A stretch of DNA of 27,995 bases, from positions 1-27,995 of the forward strand of contig JAKAWM010000001.1 of the NCBI GenBank assembly GCA_021827285.1, written 5' to 3'. Source of the stretch: Actinomycetes bacterium. Lineage in GTDB: Bacteria; Actinomycetota; Acidimicrobiia; Acidimicrobiales; Palsa-688. A program made the translations under genes and the position numbers. Below, piece by piece: positions 6,513 to 17,689 of this stretch. The number at the start of each line of letters is the position of its first letter. The first letter of the stretch is position 1. Under the pieces are notes generated by a model. It made no database searches and was not told where the DNA came from. It worked only from the letters and a program-made list of their open reading frames with translations.

Positions 6513-8228
6513 GTGAAGCGCACTCTCAGTGCTCCGCTCGCGGCTGTCCTCGCGGTTGCCCTCTCCGGGGCCTCGGTCGCGTCCGCAAGCTCGCCCCGCG
6601 CCGGGAGCCCTCCCAGCACGGCACCAACTGCCGCCGCGGGCCCCTCAGGGTCAGCCCGCCTGGCTGCCACGGAGCGTGCCCGCGCCACCCAGCTGACCGC
6701 GCTGATCCAAGCTGAGGGGGTACAGCTGGCCAAGCTGTCCGAGGTGGCCGACCAGGCGGGGGTACGCGCCCAACGCTTGGACGGGGAGCTGCGGGCAGCC
6801 GGCCAGGCGGCACAGGCAGCTCGCGCCCGGCTAGGCCAGACCAAGGCGCTTCTTCTAACTCAAGCGGTCGAGGAGTACACCAGCGGGGACCAGCTCGGTT
6901 ACCCGCTGAGCCTCCTCACGGGTACACGTCTGGTGCTAGTCGCCGGCTACGAGGCGGCGCTGGGACGCCAGATGCAAGTAGCGATCGATGGGTACACGGC
7001 AGCCCTCGCCCGAGAACAAGCCTCCGTCGCCGTCTTGGCGAGCCAGCGCCGGCTGGTGGAGTTGTCGGCCAAACGGCTCTCGGCTGATCGCTCCGCCGCC
7101 GCCCGCCAGCAGGCGGTCCTCAAGGCCACCCTCAAGGAGGTTAGGGGCGAGTTGGCGGTGGCGGTGGCCATCGTACGGCGCCAGCAGCAGGTGGCCCAGA
7201 TAGCCGAGGAAAAGGCCATGCTGGCCAGCGCCCACCAGCTGCCTCCCGAGGGACGAGCGGGGCGGCCCGGCACGTCTGCGGTAACCACGACAGCCGCTAC
7301 GACCACCACGACCATCCTGGCCAGCACCACTACCGCAGCTACGACCACCACGACCATCCTGGCCAGCACCACGACCACTTCGGCCCCGTCCAGCGATCCG
7401 GCCCGTACCTCCACCATCTACCCCACCACGCCGATTGCAGGAAGTGCCCTCTCTACTGGGATTGCAGGAAGTGCCCTCTCTACTGGCCCCGCCATTTCGA
7501 CGGTTGGGACCCCCGGACCAAGCGCCCGCCTGCGGGCCAGGAACGCAAGCGGGGCGGGTACAGGAACGGGGCTGGTCAGTACGGCATCGATGAGTGCGGC
7601 CACACCCGAACCAACCGAGCCGTCGGGTGCTAGCTCTCTGCCTTCGTCCCGCCGCCCCACCTCCTCTCGAAGCGTCACCCCGTCAAGCAGCACCACGCCC
7701 GGCAACACCACGCCGAGCAGCACCACCTCTTCGACCAGCACCACCCCGCCGAGCAGCTCTACCCCGCCCAGCAGCACTACGACTTTGGGCGCCACTACCC
7801 CGACCCCCCTGACGGCACCCACCACCACATCGACAACCACGGTCCCCGCGGGCTCGGGTGCCGCAGGGGCACCGGCCTCGGGCTGGCAAACGGCGGTCGC
7901 CTTCGCCGAGTCGCAGCTGGGCAAGCCCTATCAGTGGGCTGGCTCTGGACCGAACAGCTACGATTGCTCCGGGCTCACCATGGTTGCCTGGTCAAGAGCG
8001 GGTGTGCTCCTCCCGCACTCAGCACAGGACCAGTACAACATGACCGCCCGGGTCGCCATCGGCCATCTTTTGCCCGGGGACATGGTGTTCTTTGGCACAC
8101 CGAGCGACGTCTACCACGTTGGCATTTACATAGGCGGGGGCAAAATGGTGGACGCTCCAGAAACGGGCGAGAACGTGAGCATCCAGCCCATTTACTGGAC
8201 GAACCTCCTGGGCGGCGGGCGAGTCTGA
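6513..8228 (+). CDS. Secreted NlpC/P60 peptidoglycan endopeptidase with coiled coil and long Thr/Ser/Pro-rich linker
   Basis: AGGAGG ribosome-binding site before the GTG, then a signal peptide and an Ala/Gln-rich helical region. C-terminus reads QLGKPYQWAGSGPNSYDCSGL...GDMVFF...YHVGIYIGGGKMVDAP, giving Cys-His catalytic residues. Confidence 0.92.
   Translation: MKRTLSAPLAAVLAVALSGASVASASSPRAGSPPSTAPTAAAGPSGSARLAATERARATQLTALIQAEGVQLAKLSEVADQAGVRAQRLDGELRAAGQAAQAARARLGQTKALLLTQAVEEYTSGDQLGYPLSLLTGTRLVLVAGYEAALGRQMQVAIDGYTAALAREQASVAVLASQRRLVELSAKRLSADRSAAARQQAVLKATLKEVRGELAVAVAIVRRQQQVAQIAEEKAMLASAHQLPPEGRAGRPGTSAVTTTAATTTTTILASTTTAATTTTTILASTTTTSAPSSDPARTSTIYPTTPIAGSALSTGIAGSALSTGPAISTVGTPGPSARLRARNASGAGTGTGLVSTASMSAATPEPTEPSGASSLPSSRRPTSSRSVTPSSSTTPGNTTPSSTTSSTSTTPPSSSTPPSSTTTLGATTPTPLTAPTTTSTTTVPAGSGAAGAPASGWQTAVAFAESQLGKPYQWAGSGPNSYDCSGLTMVAWSRAGVLLPHSAQDQYNMTARVAIGHLLPGDMVFFGTPSDVYHVGIYIGGGKMVDAPETGENVSIQPIYWTNLLGGGRV
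7434..7487 (+). repeat. In-frame 27-bp tandem duplication (IAGSALSTG x2) in the NlpC/P60 linker
   Basis: ATTGCAGGAAGTGCCCTCTCTACTGG(G/C) at 7434 and 7461. A separate duplication (TTTAATTTTTILAS x2) lies at about 7285-7370. Confidence 0.9.
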
Positions 8229-8479
8229 GGCCTCTGCCAAGCCGGCCAGCCGGGGAGCCACCGGTCCCCAGAACAAGGGGCGGGCGGCCTTGGCACTATC
8301 GCTTGGACCTGGCCTTTCGTGGCAGGGTGCGCGATCTGGAACTTTTGGTCCACGAGCCGTGGCGCGTCGCGTCGAAGGAGCGGTCCAGTACGACGCGAGA
8401 GTACATTGGCGCCGTAGTGGACATCGCGGCGCTGCGCGATGGCAGGGGGGAGCTCGAGACCGAGGCCGCCTTCTACAGG

Positions 8480-8721
8480 TTGCTCAAGCTTTCGCCGGAC
8501 CGCCCATCTCCGACCATCTAAGCACAGCCAGGGCCCAACGTAGGCCGTTCCATTGGGAGAACCGCCGGCTACGGGTCCCAGAGCTTCAGCGTCTCTTCAC
8601 ATTCCCTGACGAGTTCACCTTCGTTGGACGTCGCAGTTCGGTTCAAGCCCAGATCGGCAACGCCGTGCCGCCCTTGATGGCTCGCCGCGTTGCCGAGTGT
8701 GTGAAACAGGCGGTCGGATAG
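8480..8721 (+). pseudogene. C-terminal remnant of a C5-cytosine DNA methyltransferase (Dcm-like) with a nonsense codon and a frameshift
   Basis: Reads LLKLSPDRPSPTI*AQPGPNVG (TAA 8519-8521), then shifts frame near 8545 into PFHWENRRLRVPELQRLFTFPDEFTFVGRRSSVQAQIGNAVPPLMARRVAE (motifs IX-X). The N-terminal FxGxG and PC motifs are absent. Confidence 0.85.
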
Positions 8722-8776
8722 GCATTACCGTCAGGCCTGCCGGGGCGGGTGTCAGTTACTGCCGGGGTGGAGGTAA

Positions 8777-9346
8777 TTACGGCCGGGGCGGTGGACGGCG
8801 CGGTAGGGGCGGTTCCTGGTCAGGAGGGTGTGGTGGACGATGGGGCGGCGGGGGTGGCATCGAGTCGATGCCGGGGGGCTCGCCGGGCCAAACGAGCAGC
8901 ACATCGCAAGGAGCGTGGTCGACGACAAAGCGGGTGGCGTGGCCCAGGCTGTGGGGGCCAAGCCGGGCACGGTCCCCGTCGCGGGCAGCCACCAAAAGGT
9001 CAGCGCCGTTACAAGCCTGGACCACCTCACGCTCGGGGTGCCCGCGTCGGTGGAGCAGTTCGACGTCACTGCGCCCAAGCTGCGCCGCGCCGGCAGAAAG
9101 CAGCGCCGACGCCTCTTCGGCCATGGCTTCTCCAGCGTCTTCAGCCGGGTGGCGATGATGCCCGTGGAACGCTCGCCCGAGCAATCCAGCCGCGGCGGCC
9201 TCGGCCGTTTCTGAGGGCTCTGCAGGGGTGACGTAAAGCAGGGTTACGGTGGCACTGGGAAGGCCGGACAGCACGCTGGCCGCCCCCTCTATGCAGCCGG
9301 CCCAGGTGCCTTCGACCAGCCAGACTACGACCCGCATGGGGTGCAT
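8777..9346 (-). CDS. Universal stress protein (UspA family) with Pro-rich tail
   Basis: Motifs: MRVVVWL, VTLLYV, RRGHPEREVV, ADLLVAARDG...LGPHSLGHATRFVVDHAPCDVLLV. Start is ATG 9346 or 9337. Confidence 0.88.
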   Translation of the reverse strand: MHPMRVVVWLVEGTWAGCIEGAASVLSGLPSATVTLLYVTPAEPSETAEAAAAGLLGRAFHGHHRHPAEDAGEAMAEEASALLSAGAAQLGRSDVELLHRRGHPEREVVQACNGADLLVAARDGDRARLGPHSLGHATRFVVDHAPCDVLLVWPGEPPGIDSMPPPPPHRPPHPPDQEPPLPRRPPPRP

Positions 9347-9397
9347 CTTCGCGCGCCGGAGGGCTTCGGGGCGGTCTTCGTGCAGCACGCGTCCGTT

Positions 9398-10672
9398 TCA
9401 GCCCAGCAGCCGTATCGACACCCAGAGGGCAACCGTGGAACTGGCTAAGACCAGCGGCACACTCAGAGCACCGAGGCTGACGAATTCTCTGATGACTGGT
9501 CGTTCGCCCTCGCGGTAAAGCACTCGGCGCCACAAGAGGGTGGCCAGAGAGCCCGTGTAGGTGAGGTTGGGCCCGGTATTCACGCCAATCAGGACCGCCA
9601 GCACCGCTCCTGGGCCGATAGCACCCGCGGCCGGCAAGAGCAGTAGCACGGCGGGAAGGTTATTGATCAGATTGGCAAGCAGGGCAGCCAGGGCAGCCAG
9701 GGCCAGGAGGCTCGCCAGAGACTGGCCGCCCGGGAGCAGCCGGGCGACAAGCCGGCCCAGTCCGTGCACAGACACGGCTTGGACCACTATGCCGAGCGCC
9801 AACACGAAGGCCAGGAAGGGGATGTCGAGGGCAAAGCCCATCTCGCGCCAGTTGGCACGCCGGTAGATAAGGGCCGCCACCCCGAGCACTACTGCTCCGG
9901 CCAGGGCCGCGAACACAGGTGCGACGCCCAGGGTGGAGGTAATAAAGAAGGCGGCCAAAGTCAAGACGACCACAACGCCAGCCAAAAGGGAACCACCACG
10001 TTGACCACTTCCACCCGTGCCTGGGTGGTGGCCAGCGCCGACTTCGCCCCTTCCTACCAGGTCAGCAGCAAAGAAGCGGCGCAGGACGGCCCACTCGACC
10101 AGGATCGCCACCAGCCAGGGCAAGGCCATGGTGGTGGCGAAGCGGGCGAAGGACAGCCCGCTGGCGCGATAGGCGAGCAGGTTGGTGAGATTGGAAACGG
10201 GCAAGAGCAGCGAGGCGGAGTTGGCCAGATGGGTGCAGGCGTACACATGTGGCTTGGCCCGAAGGCGAAGCCGAGCCGCGCTAGCCATCACGACCGGGGT
10301 GAGCAGAACCACGGTGGCGTCCAGGCTGAGCACAGCGGTCACAGTGCTCGCCACCAAGAACACGGCCGCCAGCAAACGGACCGGCACGGCACGGCTGGCG
10401 CTGGCCATCTTTTGCCCCGCCACAGCGAACAACCCGAAGCGGTCGCACAGGGCGGCGAGGACAAGGACCGCGGCAAGAAAGCCGAGCGTGGGGCCCAGGG
10501 CGTTCGCCACCTGGCGTGCCTGGCGGAGGTGGAGCGAGCCGGACAAAAGGACGATGGCGGCGGCAGGCACCGCAATGACAGCCTCCGGCAGCCCTCTCGG
10601 CCTCGTTATCGCGCCGGCCAGAGTGAGGACCAAGAGGATGACGGCCAGCGCCTCAGCCGCGGAATTGGGCAC
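9398..10672 (-). CDS. ArsB/NhaD (ion transporter superfamily, SLC13-like) permease
   Basis: Many transmembrane segments with motifs SLDATVVLLTPVV, LLLPVSNLTNLLA, NLINNLPA and GVNTGPNLTYTGSLATLLWRR. Probable start GTG 10672 with AGGA upstream. Confidence 0.88.
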   Translation of the reverse strand: MPNSAAEALAVILLVLTLAGAITRPRGLPEAVIAVPAAAIVLLSGSLHLRQARQVANALGPTLGFLAAVLVLAALCDRFGLFAVAGQKMASASRAVPVRLLAAVFLVASTVTAVLSLDATVVLLTPVVMASAARLRLRAKPHVYACTHLANSASLLLPVSNLTNLLAYRASGLSFARFATTMALPWLVAILVEWAVLRRFFAADLVGRGEVGAGHHPGTGGSGQRGGSLLAGVVVVLTLAAFFITSTLGVAPVFAALAGAVVLGVAALIYRRANWREMGFALDIPFLAFVLALGIVVQAVSVHGLGRLVARLLPGGQSLASLLALAALAALLANLINNLPAVLLLLPAAGAIGPGAVLAVLIGVNTGPNLTYTGSLATLLWRRVLYREGERPVIREFVSLGALSVPLVLASSTVALWVSIRLLG

Positions 10673-10905
10673 AGTGGTCCTGATGGTAAACCGCGCAAAG
10701 CGCCCACCTCGTGCGTCGCCCTCGACCTCCCAGCCTTTGACCGGCCCTATGGCTTTCAGCCGCCGGTTCGGCACCCAAGCTCGAAGTACTTTGACGGGCA
10801 AGTCGACGTGGTTCGACGGGCGGCTCGAAGTGCGCGGGAGGAGGGTGGAGCCTCCCCGGCCGAGGTCGGGCGGAGATCTTGGTCGCGCTACAAGAAGGAG
10901 CCTGG

Positions 10906-11802
10906 CTAGTTTAGGGTTCGCTGCTGCCCGGCCAGGGCAAAGTGCTTACGCTGGGCCACCTTCACAGCGTCTGTATGCCCCAAAAGGAAGATCCCTGCCA
11001 CCATGAGGGCCAGCGACACTACTTCGGCGGTCGTGGCCAGCGGGCCCACCCGAACCGCCTCGCCGAATGCCACCGCTCCAATGGCCACGCTGACCACCGG
11101 GTCGGCAGCCGACAGGGCGGGTAGAGAGGCATCCAGCGGGCTGGCTTGGAAGGCGCTCATAGCCAGGACCATGCCCGCTGCGCCGGCGCCTATCAACACG
11201 TAGAGCTGCCAGCTCTCCACCAGATGGACAACACCCAAGGAGAGGAGATGGGCGCTGGTCTTGGTCAGGGCAGCGCACTCCCCGTACACAACCCCCCCTG
11301 CTGCCCCGTAGGCCATCCCTTGCCACCGCGGGCTCGACTCGTGCCCTACCGCCACCAGCACAGCAGCCACCGCCGCGCCGGCGCCCAGGAGGATGCCCCA
11401 CGTCAGCGGGCTCACGTTGGGGTGGCCGGCAGCCGGGCTACTGGCCACTAGGAAGACTGCCAGCCCGAGCGTCGTGAGCACGGCCGCGGTCCAGTCGCGC
11501 CGGCGCATGCGGTAGCTGGCAAGACGCGCCTTTATGGGAAGGGCGAACAGCAGCCCTGCGACCAGCAACGGTTGGACCACGACCAGGGAACCCCACATGA
11601 GAGCCAGCCATTGAAGGGCATAGCCACCTACGTCGCTGGCCAGGCCGGCCAACCACTGAGGCCGTTTGGCCAGGCGAGCCAGGAGGCTCAGGCGCAGGGA
11701 CGTCGTACCAGGCTGACGCTCGGCCTCGCGTTGCTGCAGCGCCGACGCTAGGGCGTAGAGCAAAGCGGCCGCCAATGCAGCAAGCACTGACACATCGACC
11801 AA
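10906..11802 (-). CDS. DMT-superfamily membrane transporter (actinobacterial NIPA/EamA-like)
   Basis: About 9-10 hydrophobic segments. ASALQQREA, PQWLAG and ALMWGSLVVVQPLLVAGLLFALP match this DMT group. Confidence 0.8.
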   Translation of the reverse strand: MVDVSVLAALAAALLYALASALQQREAERQPGTTSLRLSLLARLAKRPQWLAGLASDVGGYALQWLALMWGSLVVVQPLLVAGLLFALPIKARLASYRMRRRDWTAAVLTTLGLAVFLVASSPAAGHPNVSPLTWGILLGAGAAVAAVLVAVGHESSPRWQGMAYGAAGGVVYGECAALTKTSAHLLSLGVVHLVESWQLYVLIGAGAAGMVLAMSAFQASPLDASLPALSAADPVVSVAIGAVAFGEAVRVGPLATTAEVVSLALMVAGIFLLGHTDAVKVAQRKHFALAGQQRTLN

Positions 11803-11990
11803 CGCTACCAGGGGGGATGCCTGGTAGCCCAGGGGAAGGTCCGGGGGAAAGTCTTACCCCTGTGCGCTGTCCTGGAGTCGGATGGGAACGCTGGTGCGCA
11901 CCAGGTTGACCTCAGCGGGGAGCGTGGTCCAGCACCCTCCCGGTAGGTGCCGGCCGGCATCAACCTGGCAGAGCTGGTCATGACTGGACC

Positions 11991-12038
11991 GGCACTGGGC
12001 CGGATGGGCACTGGGGCGGATGGGCACTGGGGCGGATG
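11991..12038. repeat. 16-bp tandem repeat x3 (GGCACTGGG(C/G)CGGATG)
   Basis: Units at 11991, 12007 and 12023 within the roughly 900-bp intergenic region. Confidence 0.92.
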
Positions 12039-12273
12039 AGCCGATCGCCGTGCCGTCCTAGACTGGCCTTTGTTGGACTCGCACCACGGGCGCGTGGTGG
12101 AACCGGTAGACACAGCGGGCTTAAACTGCGTAAAAGGGCAGGTAGAAGGGGATAGCGGAGGCTGGTCCCGCAAAGAAAGGTGCAGGTCAAAAGGGGTGTG
12201 TCGCGAAGGGCCCAGCGGCCGAAGGTAGCTCGGCAAAGCCGAAAGTAGCTCAGTTTGAGGCCAAATTGAGTCC

Positions 12274-12289
12274 AATGGTATAAACCAAA
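12274..12289. promoter_or_regulatory. dre-like palindrome AATGGTATAAACCAAA (DasR/NagR, HutC-subfamily GntR type)
   Basis: TGGT-N4-ACCA core in an AT-rich patch. It resembles the DasR dre consensus ASTGGTCTAGACCAST and the NagR-type ATTGGTATAGACAACT. Confidence 0.45.
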
Positions 12290-12631
12290 TTGGCGGCCTA
12301 ACCACTCTGGGTGACAACGGGTCGCCGGGCGACCGATGTGACTTGACCGAGAGGGTCACCAGTATCTTGGGAGACGCGACGACCCCAATGTCGAAGCGAG
12401 CTGTGAGACGGAGCAGCTCCCGGCCCTGGTCGAGGGCACCCGCGGGCTTAGCTACCTCGCCTCCCTGAGGGTGGGCGATTGCCTACCAGCTCCCCCGGGC
12501 TCTCGGGGTACCGCAGCAGCTAGCAGTTGCGTTCTAGCGATATGGGCCGAGAAGAGAGCGACCAGCCCGCCATCCCCGCGGGGCGGACCGAGGTCCTCTG
12601 GGCATGGTCAGTGTTAGGTGACGTAGAGGAC

Positions 12632-12660
12632 TTGTCAACCCTTAATTTTAGTAGTAATCT
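12632..12660 (+). promoter_or_regulatory. Housekeeping-sigma promoter candidate for the ROK/glycan operon
   Basis: TTGTCA (12632-12637), a 17-bp AT-rich spacer, then TAATCT (12655-12660), 36 bp before the ROK ATG. Confidence 0.6.
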
Positions 12661-12696
12661 ATTGCTCGAAGGAAGAACACGGAAGGGGTCTGGAGG

Positions 12697-15359
<2,663 letters not shown>

Positions 15360-15372
15360 GGAGATGGTCCGA

Positions 15373-16635
15373 ATGACAAAACTACCACGGGTTGTTAGAA
15401 AGACCGCGGCCGTCGTCTCGGCGGTCGCTTTGTCGGCACCCCTTCTGGCCTCCGGTGCCACGGCGGCCGGTGCTTCCACGCTGCGTCCCGCCGCCCAGAC
15501 GACCACCCTCCAGGTCTGGACAATGGAAACGGCCAGCAGCTTCACCCAGCTACTGCAGGGGTTCACGAAGGAGACAGGCATAAAAGTCCAGGTGGAGCAG
15601 GTGCCCTGGGCCAATGTCAACGACAAGCTCACGACAGCTGTCGCCTCCGGCAACGGCCCGGACGTGGTAGAGGTCGGGCTCTCGGAGCTGCCGTCGTTCG
15701 TTGCGGCCGGGGCGCTCTTGAACCTGAAGCCCTACCTGAAGGCCAACCCGGTGCTCCAGGACAACCATTACCTAGCTGCGGTGTCCTCGAAAGTGACATC
15801 CCCCCGGGGCGAGGACCTCTCCGTCCCCTGGGTAAGCGACGTCCGCATCTTGTTCTACCGGAGTGACATCCTGAAGCAAGCGGGCATCTCCGCACCGCCA
15901 AAGACATGGGCCCAGCTGTTCCAGGACGCCACGAAGTTGGCCCAGCGCGGCACGAACCAGTACGGCTTCTACATCCCGCAATGGGACAGCGCACTACCTG
16001 TGGAGCTGACCTGGCAGGCCGGCGGCCAGGTGACGGGGCCGAATGGCAAGGTCACTTTCAACAGCGCGGCCTTCAGGGCGGCGGTCAACTTCTACACGAG
16101 CTTCTACAAGGACAAACTGGTGCCCACTGCTTCCGACTTCGACCAGACCCAGGGCTTCATATCCGGTGCTGCACCGATGCTGATATCGGGCCCGTACCTG
16201 GCCGCGTCCATCAACAGTGAGGCACCTGACCTGAAGGGCAAGTGGGACGTCGCCCCGCTGCCGAAGGACAAGGACGGCACTTCTCTGTTCGCCGGCTCGA
16301 ACATGGGGATCTGGTACAAGTCAAAGAACGTTGCTGCTTCGCTCAAGCTGCTCGATTACCTGGCAAAGCCCTCGACGCAACTCCAGTGGTTCAAGCTGGC
16401 CGACGAACTGCCGACCAACACGTCCGCCCTGGACGCCCCGAGCCTCATCAGCGACCCGATGGTGCGGGTCTACGTGGACCAGCTCCGCAACGCCGAACCG
16501 CTCCCGCTGGCCCCGCAGTGGAACCAGATCAGCACGGACTTGTTGAACTCCCTCAACAGCATCGTCCTCGACGGCGCCAACGAGCAGGCCACCCTCAGCA
16601 AGCTGAACACAACGGTCGCCTCTCTTCAGCACTAG
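15373..16635 (+). CDS. Carbohydrate ABC transporter substrate-binding protein
   Basis: AAGGAG lies 9 nt before ATG 15373. Motifs: FTKETGIKVQVEQVPW, KLTTAVASGNGPDVVE, LFYRSDIL, PKTWAQL, MLISGPY, KWDVAPLP. Signal peptide has no lipobox Cys. Confidence 0.92.
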   Translation: MTKLPRVVRKTAAVVSAVALSAPLLASGATAAGASTLRPAAQTTTLQVWTMETASSFTQLLQGFTKETGIKVQVEQVPWANVNDKLTTAVASGNGPDVVEVGLSELPSFVAAGALLNLKPYLKANPVLQDNHYLAAVSSKVTSPRGEDLSVPWVSDVRILFYRSDILKQAGISAPPKTWAQLFQDATKLAQRGTNQYGFYIPQWDSALPVELTWQAGGQVTGPNGKVTFNSAAFRAAVNFYTSFYKDKLVPTASDFDQTQGFISGAAPMLISGPYLAASINSEAPDLKGKWDVAPLPKDKDGTSLFAGSNMGIWYKSKNVAASLKLLDYLAKPSTQLQWFKLADELPTNTSALDAPSLISDPMVRVYVDQLRNAEPLPLAPQWNQISTDLLNSLNSIVLDGANEQATLSKLNTTVASLQH

Positions 16636-16659
16636 CAAGCGTAGACACCCAGCCCTCCT

Positions 16660-16691
16660 TGCGGGCGCCGCGCCCTCCCCCGGCGCCCGCA
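16660..16691 (+). other. Intercistronic stem-loop after the binding-protein gene (mRNA stabiliser or attenuator candidate)
   Basis: TGCGGGCGCCG (16660-16670), a 10-nt loop, and CGGCGCCCGCA (16681-16691) form a perfect 11-bp stem at the position typical of sugar ABC operons. Confidence 0.65.
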
Positions 16692-16711
16692 GTGGAGCTT
16701 AGGAGCAGTCC

Positions 16712-17689
16712 TTGAGCACCTCTACGATCGAAGCCATCGCCCCGAGCGCGCCCGCCGTCGTGACCGAGGGCCGACCGGCTGAAGGCCCCCGGCCCAGGAG
16801 GAGGAGACGCGTCAGCCTGACGCCCTACCTGTTCATCAGCCCCACACTGATCTGCCTGGTGGCCTTCGGTGTGCTGCCCATTGCGGTGGCGGCCGTGGTG
16901 AGCCTCACCAACATGAACATAAGCGGCCTGGGCAACCTAGCCAATGTCCACTTCATCGGGCTTTCCAACTACCGCTCCCTCTTCAGCGACCCCGCCTTCT
17001 GGGAGTCGCTGCGCAACACTGGCCTCTACGTCGTCGTAGGGGTGCCCAGCATCATCGTCGGGTCGCTCACCATAGCGATAGCCCTCAACCAGAGCCAGTC
17101 CCGGTTCTTCCGGGCTCTCCGGGCGTTCTACTTCCTCCCGGCGATCACGGCCATCGTCGCCATATCGCTCATCTGGGGCTACCTCTACAACGACCAGTTC
17201 GGGTTACTGAACTACCTGCTCTCGCTCGTCCACGTGCCTCCGGTGGAGTGGCTGACAAGCTCGCTAGTGGCCAAGTTCTCCGTGGCGTTCGTGGCGATCT
17301 GGCGGGCCTCGGGGCTCGACATCGTGATCTTCCTGGCCGGCTTGCAGGCCATCCCCGCCGACTACTACGAGGCCGCGTCCATCGACGGCGCCGGCCAGCT
17401 GCGCCAGGTCTTCAGCATCACCCTTCCCCTGCTCCGCTTCGCCATCTTCTTCGTACTCGTCACGACTCTCATCAGCTGGATGCAGCTGTTCGACGAGCCC
17501 TACGTCCTCACGGCGGGCGGGCCGGTGCACGCGACGACATCCATTTCCCTTTACATCTACCAGCAGGGCTTCAGCTACAACGAGTTCGGGTTCGCGTCGG
17601 CTGCGTCCATGGTGCTGTTCGCCATGATCGCAGTCGTGACAGCCGTCCAGCTCCGCGCCCGGAAGAGGGGTGCCAGTGACAATCTCTAG
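16712..17689 (+). CDS. Carbohydrate ABC transporter permease (MalF-like)
   Basis: Motifs: PYLFISP, FIGLSNY, FWESLRNT, FFLP-like YFLPAI, and the EAA loop LQAIPADYYEAASIDGA. Confidence 0.94.
   Translation: MSTSTIEAIAPSAPAVVTEGRPAEGPRPRRRRRVSLTPYLFISPTLICLVAFGVLPIAVAAVVSLTNMNISGLGNLANVHFIGLSNYRSLFSDPAFWESLRNTGLYVVVGVPSIIVGSLTIAIALNQSQSRFFRALRAFYFLPAITAIVAISLIWGYLYNDQFGLLNYLLSLVHVPPVEWLTSSLVAKFSVAFVAIWRASGLDIVIFLAGLQAIPADYYEAASIDGAGQLRQVFSITLPLLRFAIFFVLVTTLISWMQLFDEPYVLTAGGPVHATTSISLYIYQQGFSYNEFGFASAASMVLFAMIAVVTAVQLRARKRGASDNL

Noticed and set aside
11805-12359. 184-aa minus-strand ORF in the long intergenic region
   Set aside because: Pro/Ser/Arg-rich low-complexity translation crossing the 16-bp repeat, with no clear ribosome-binding site or domain.
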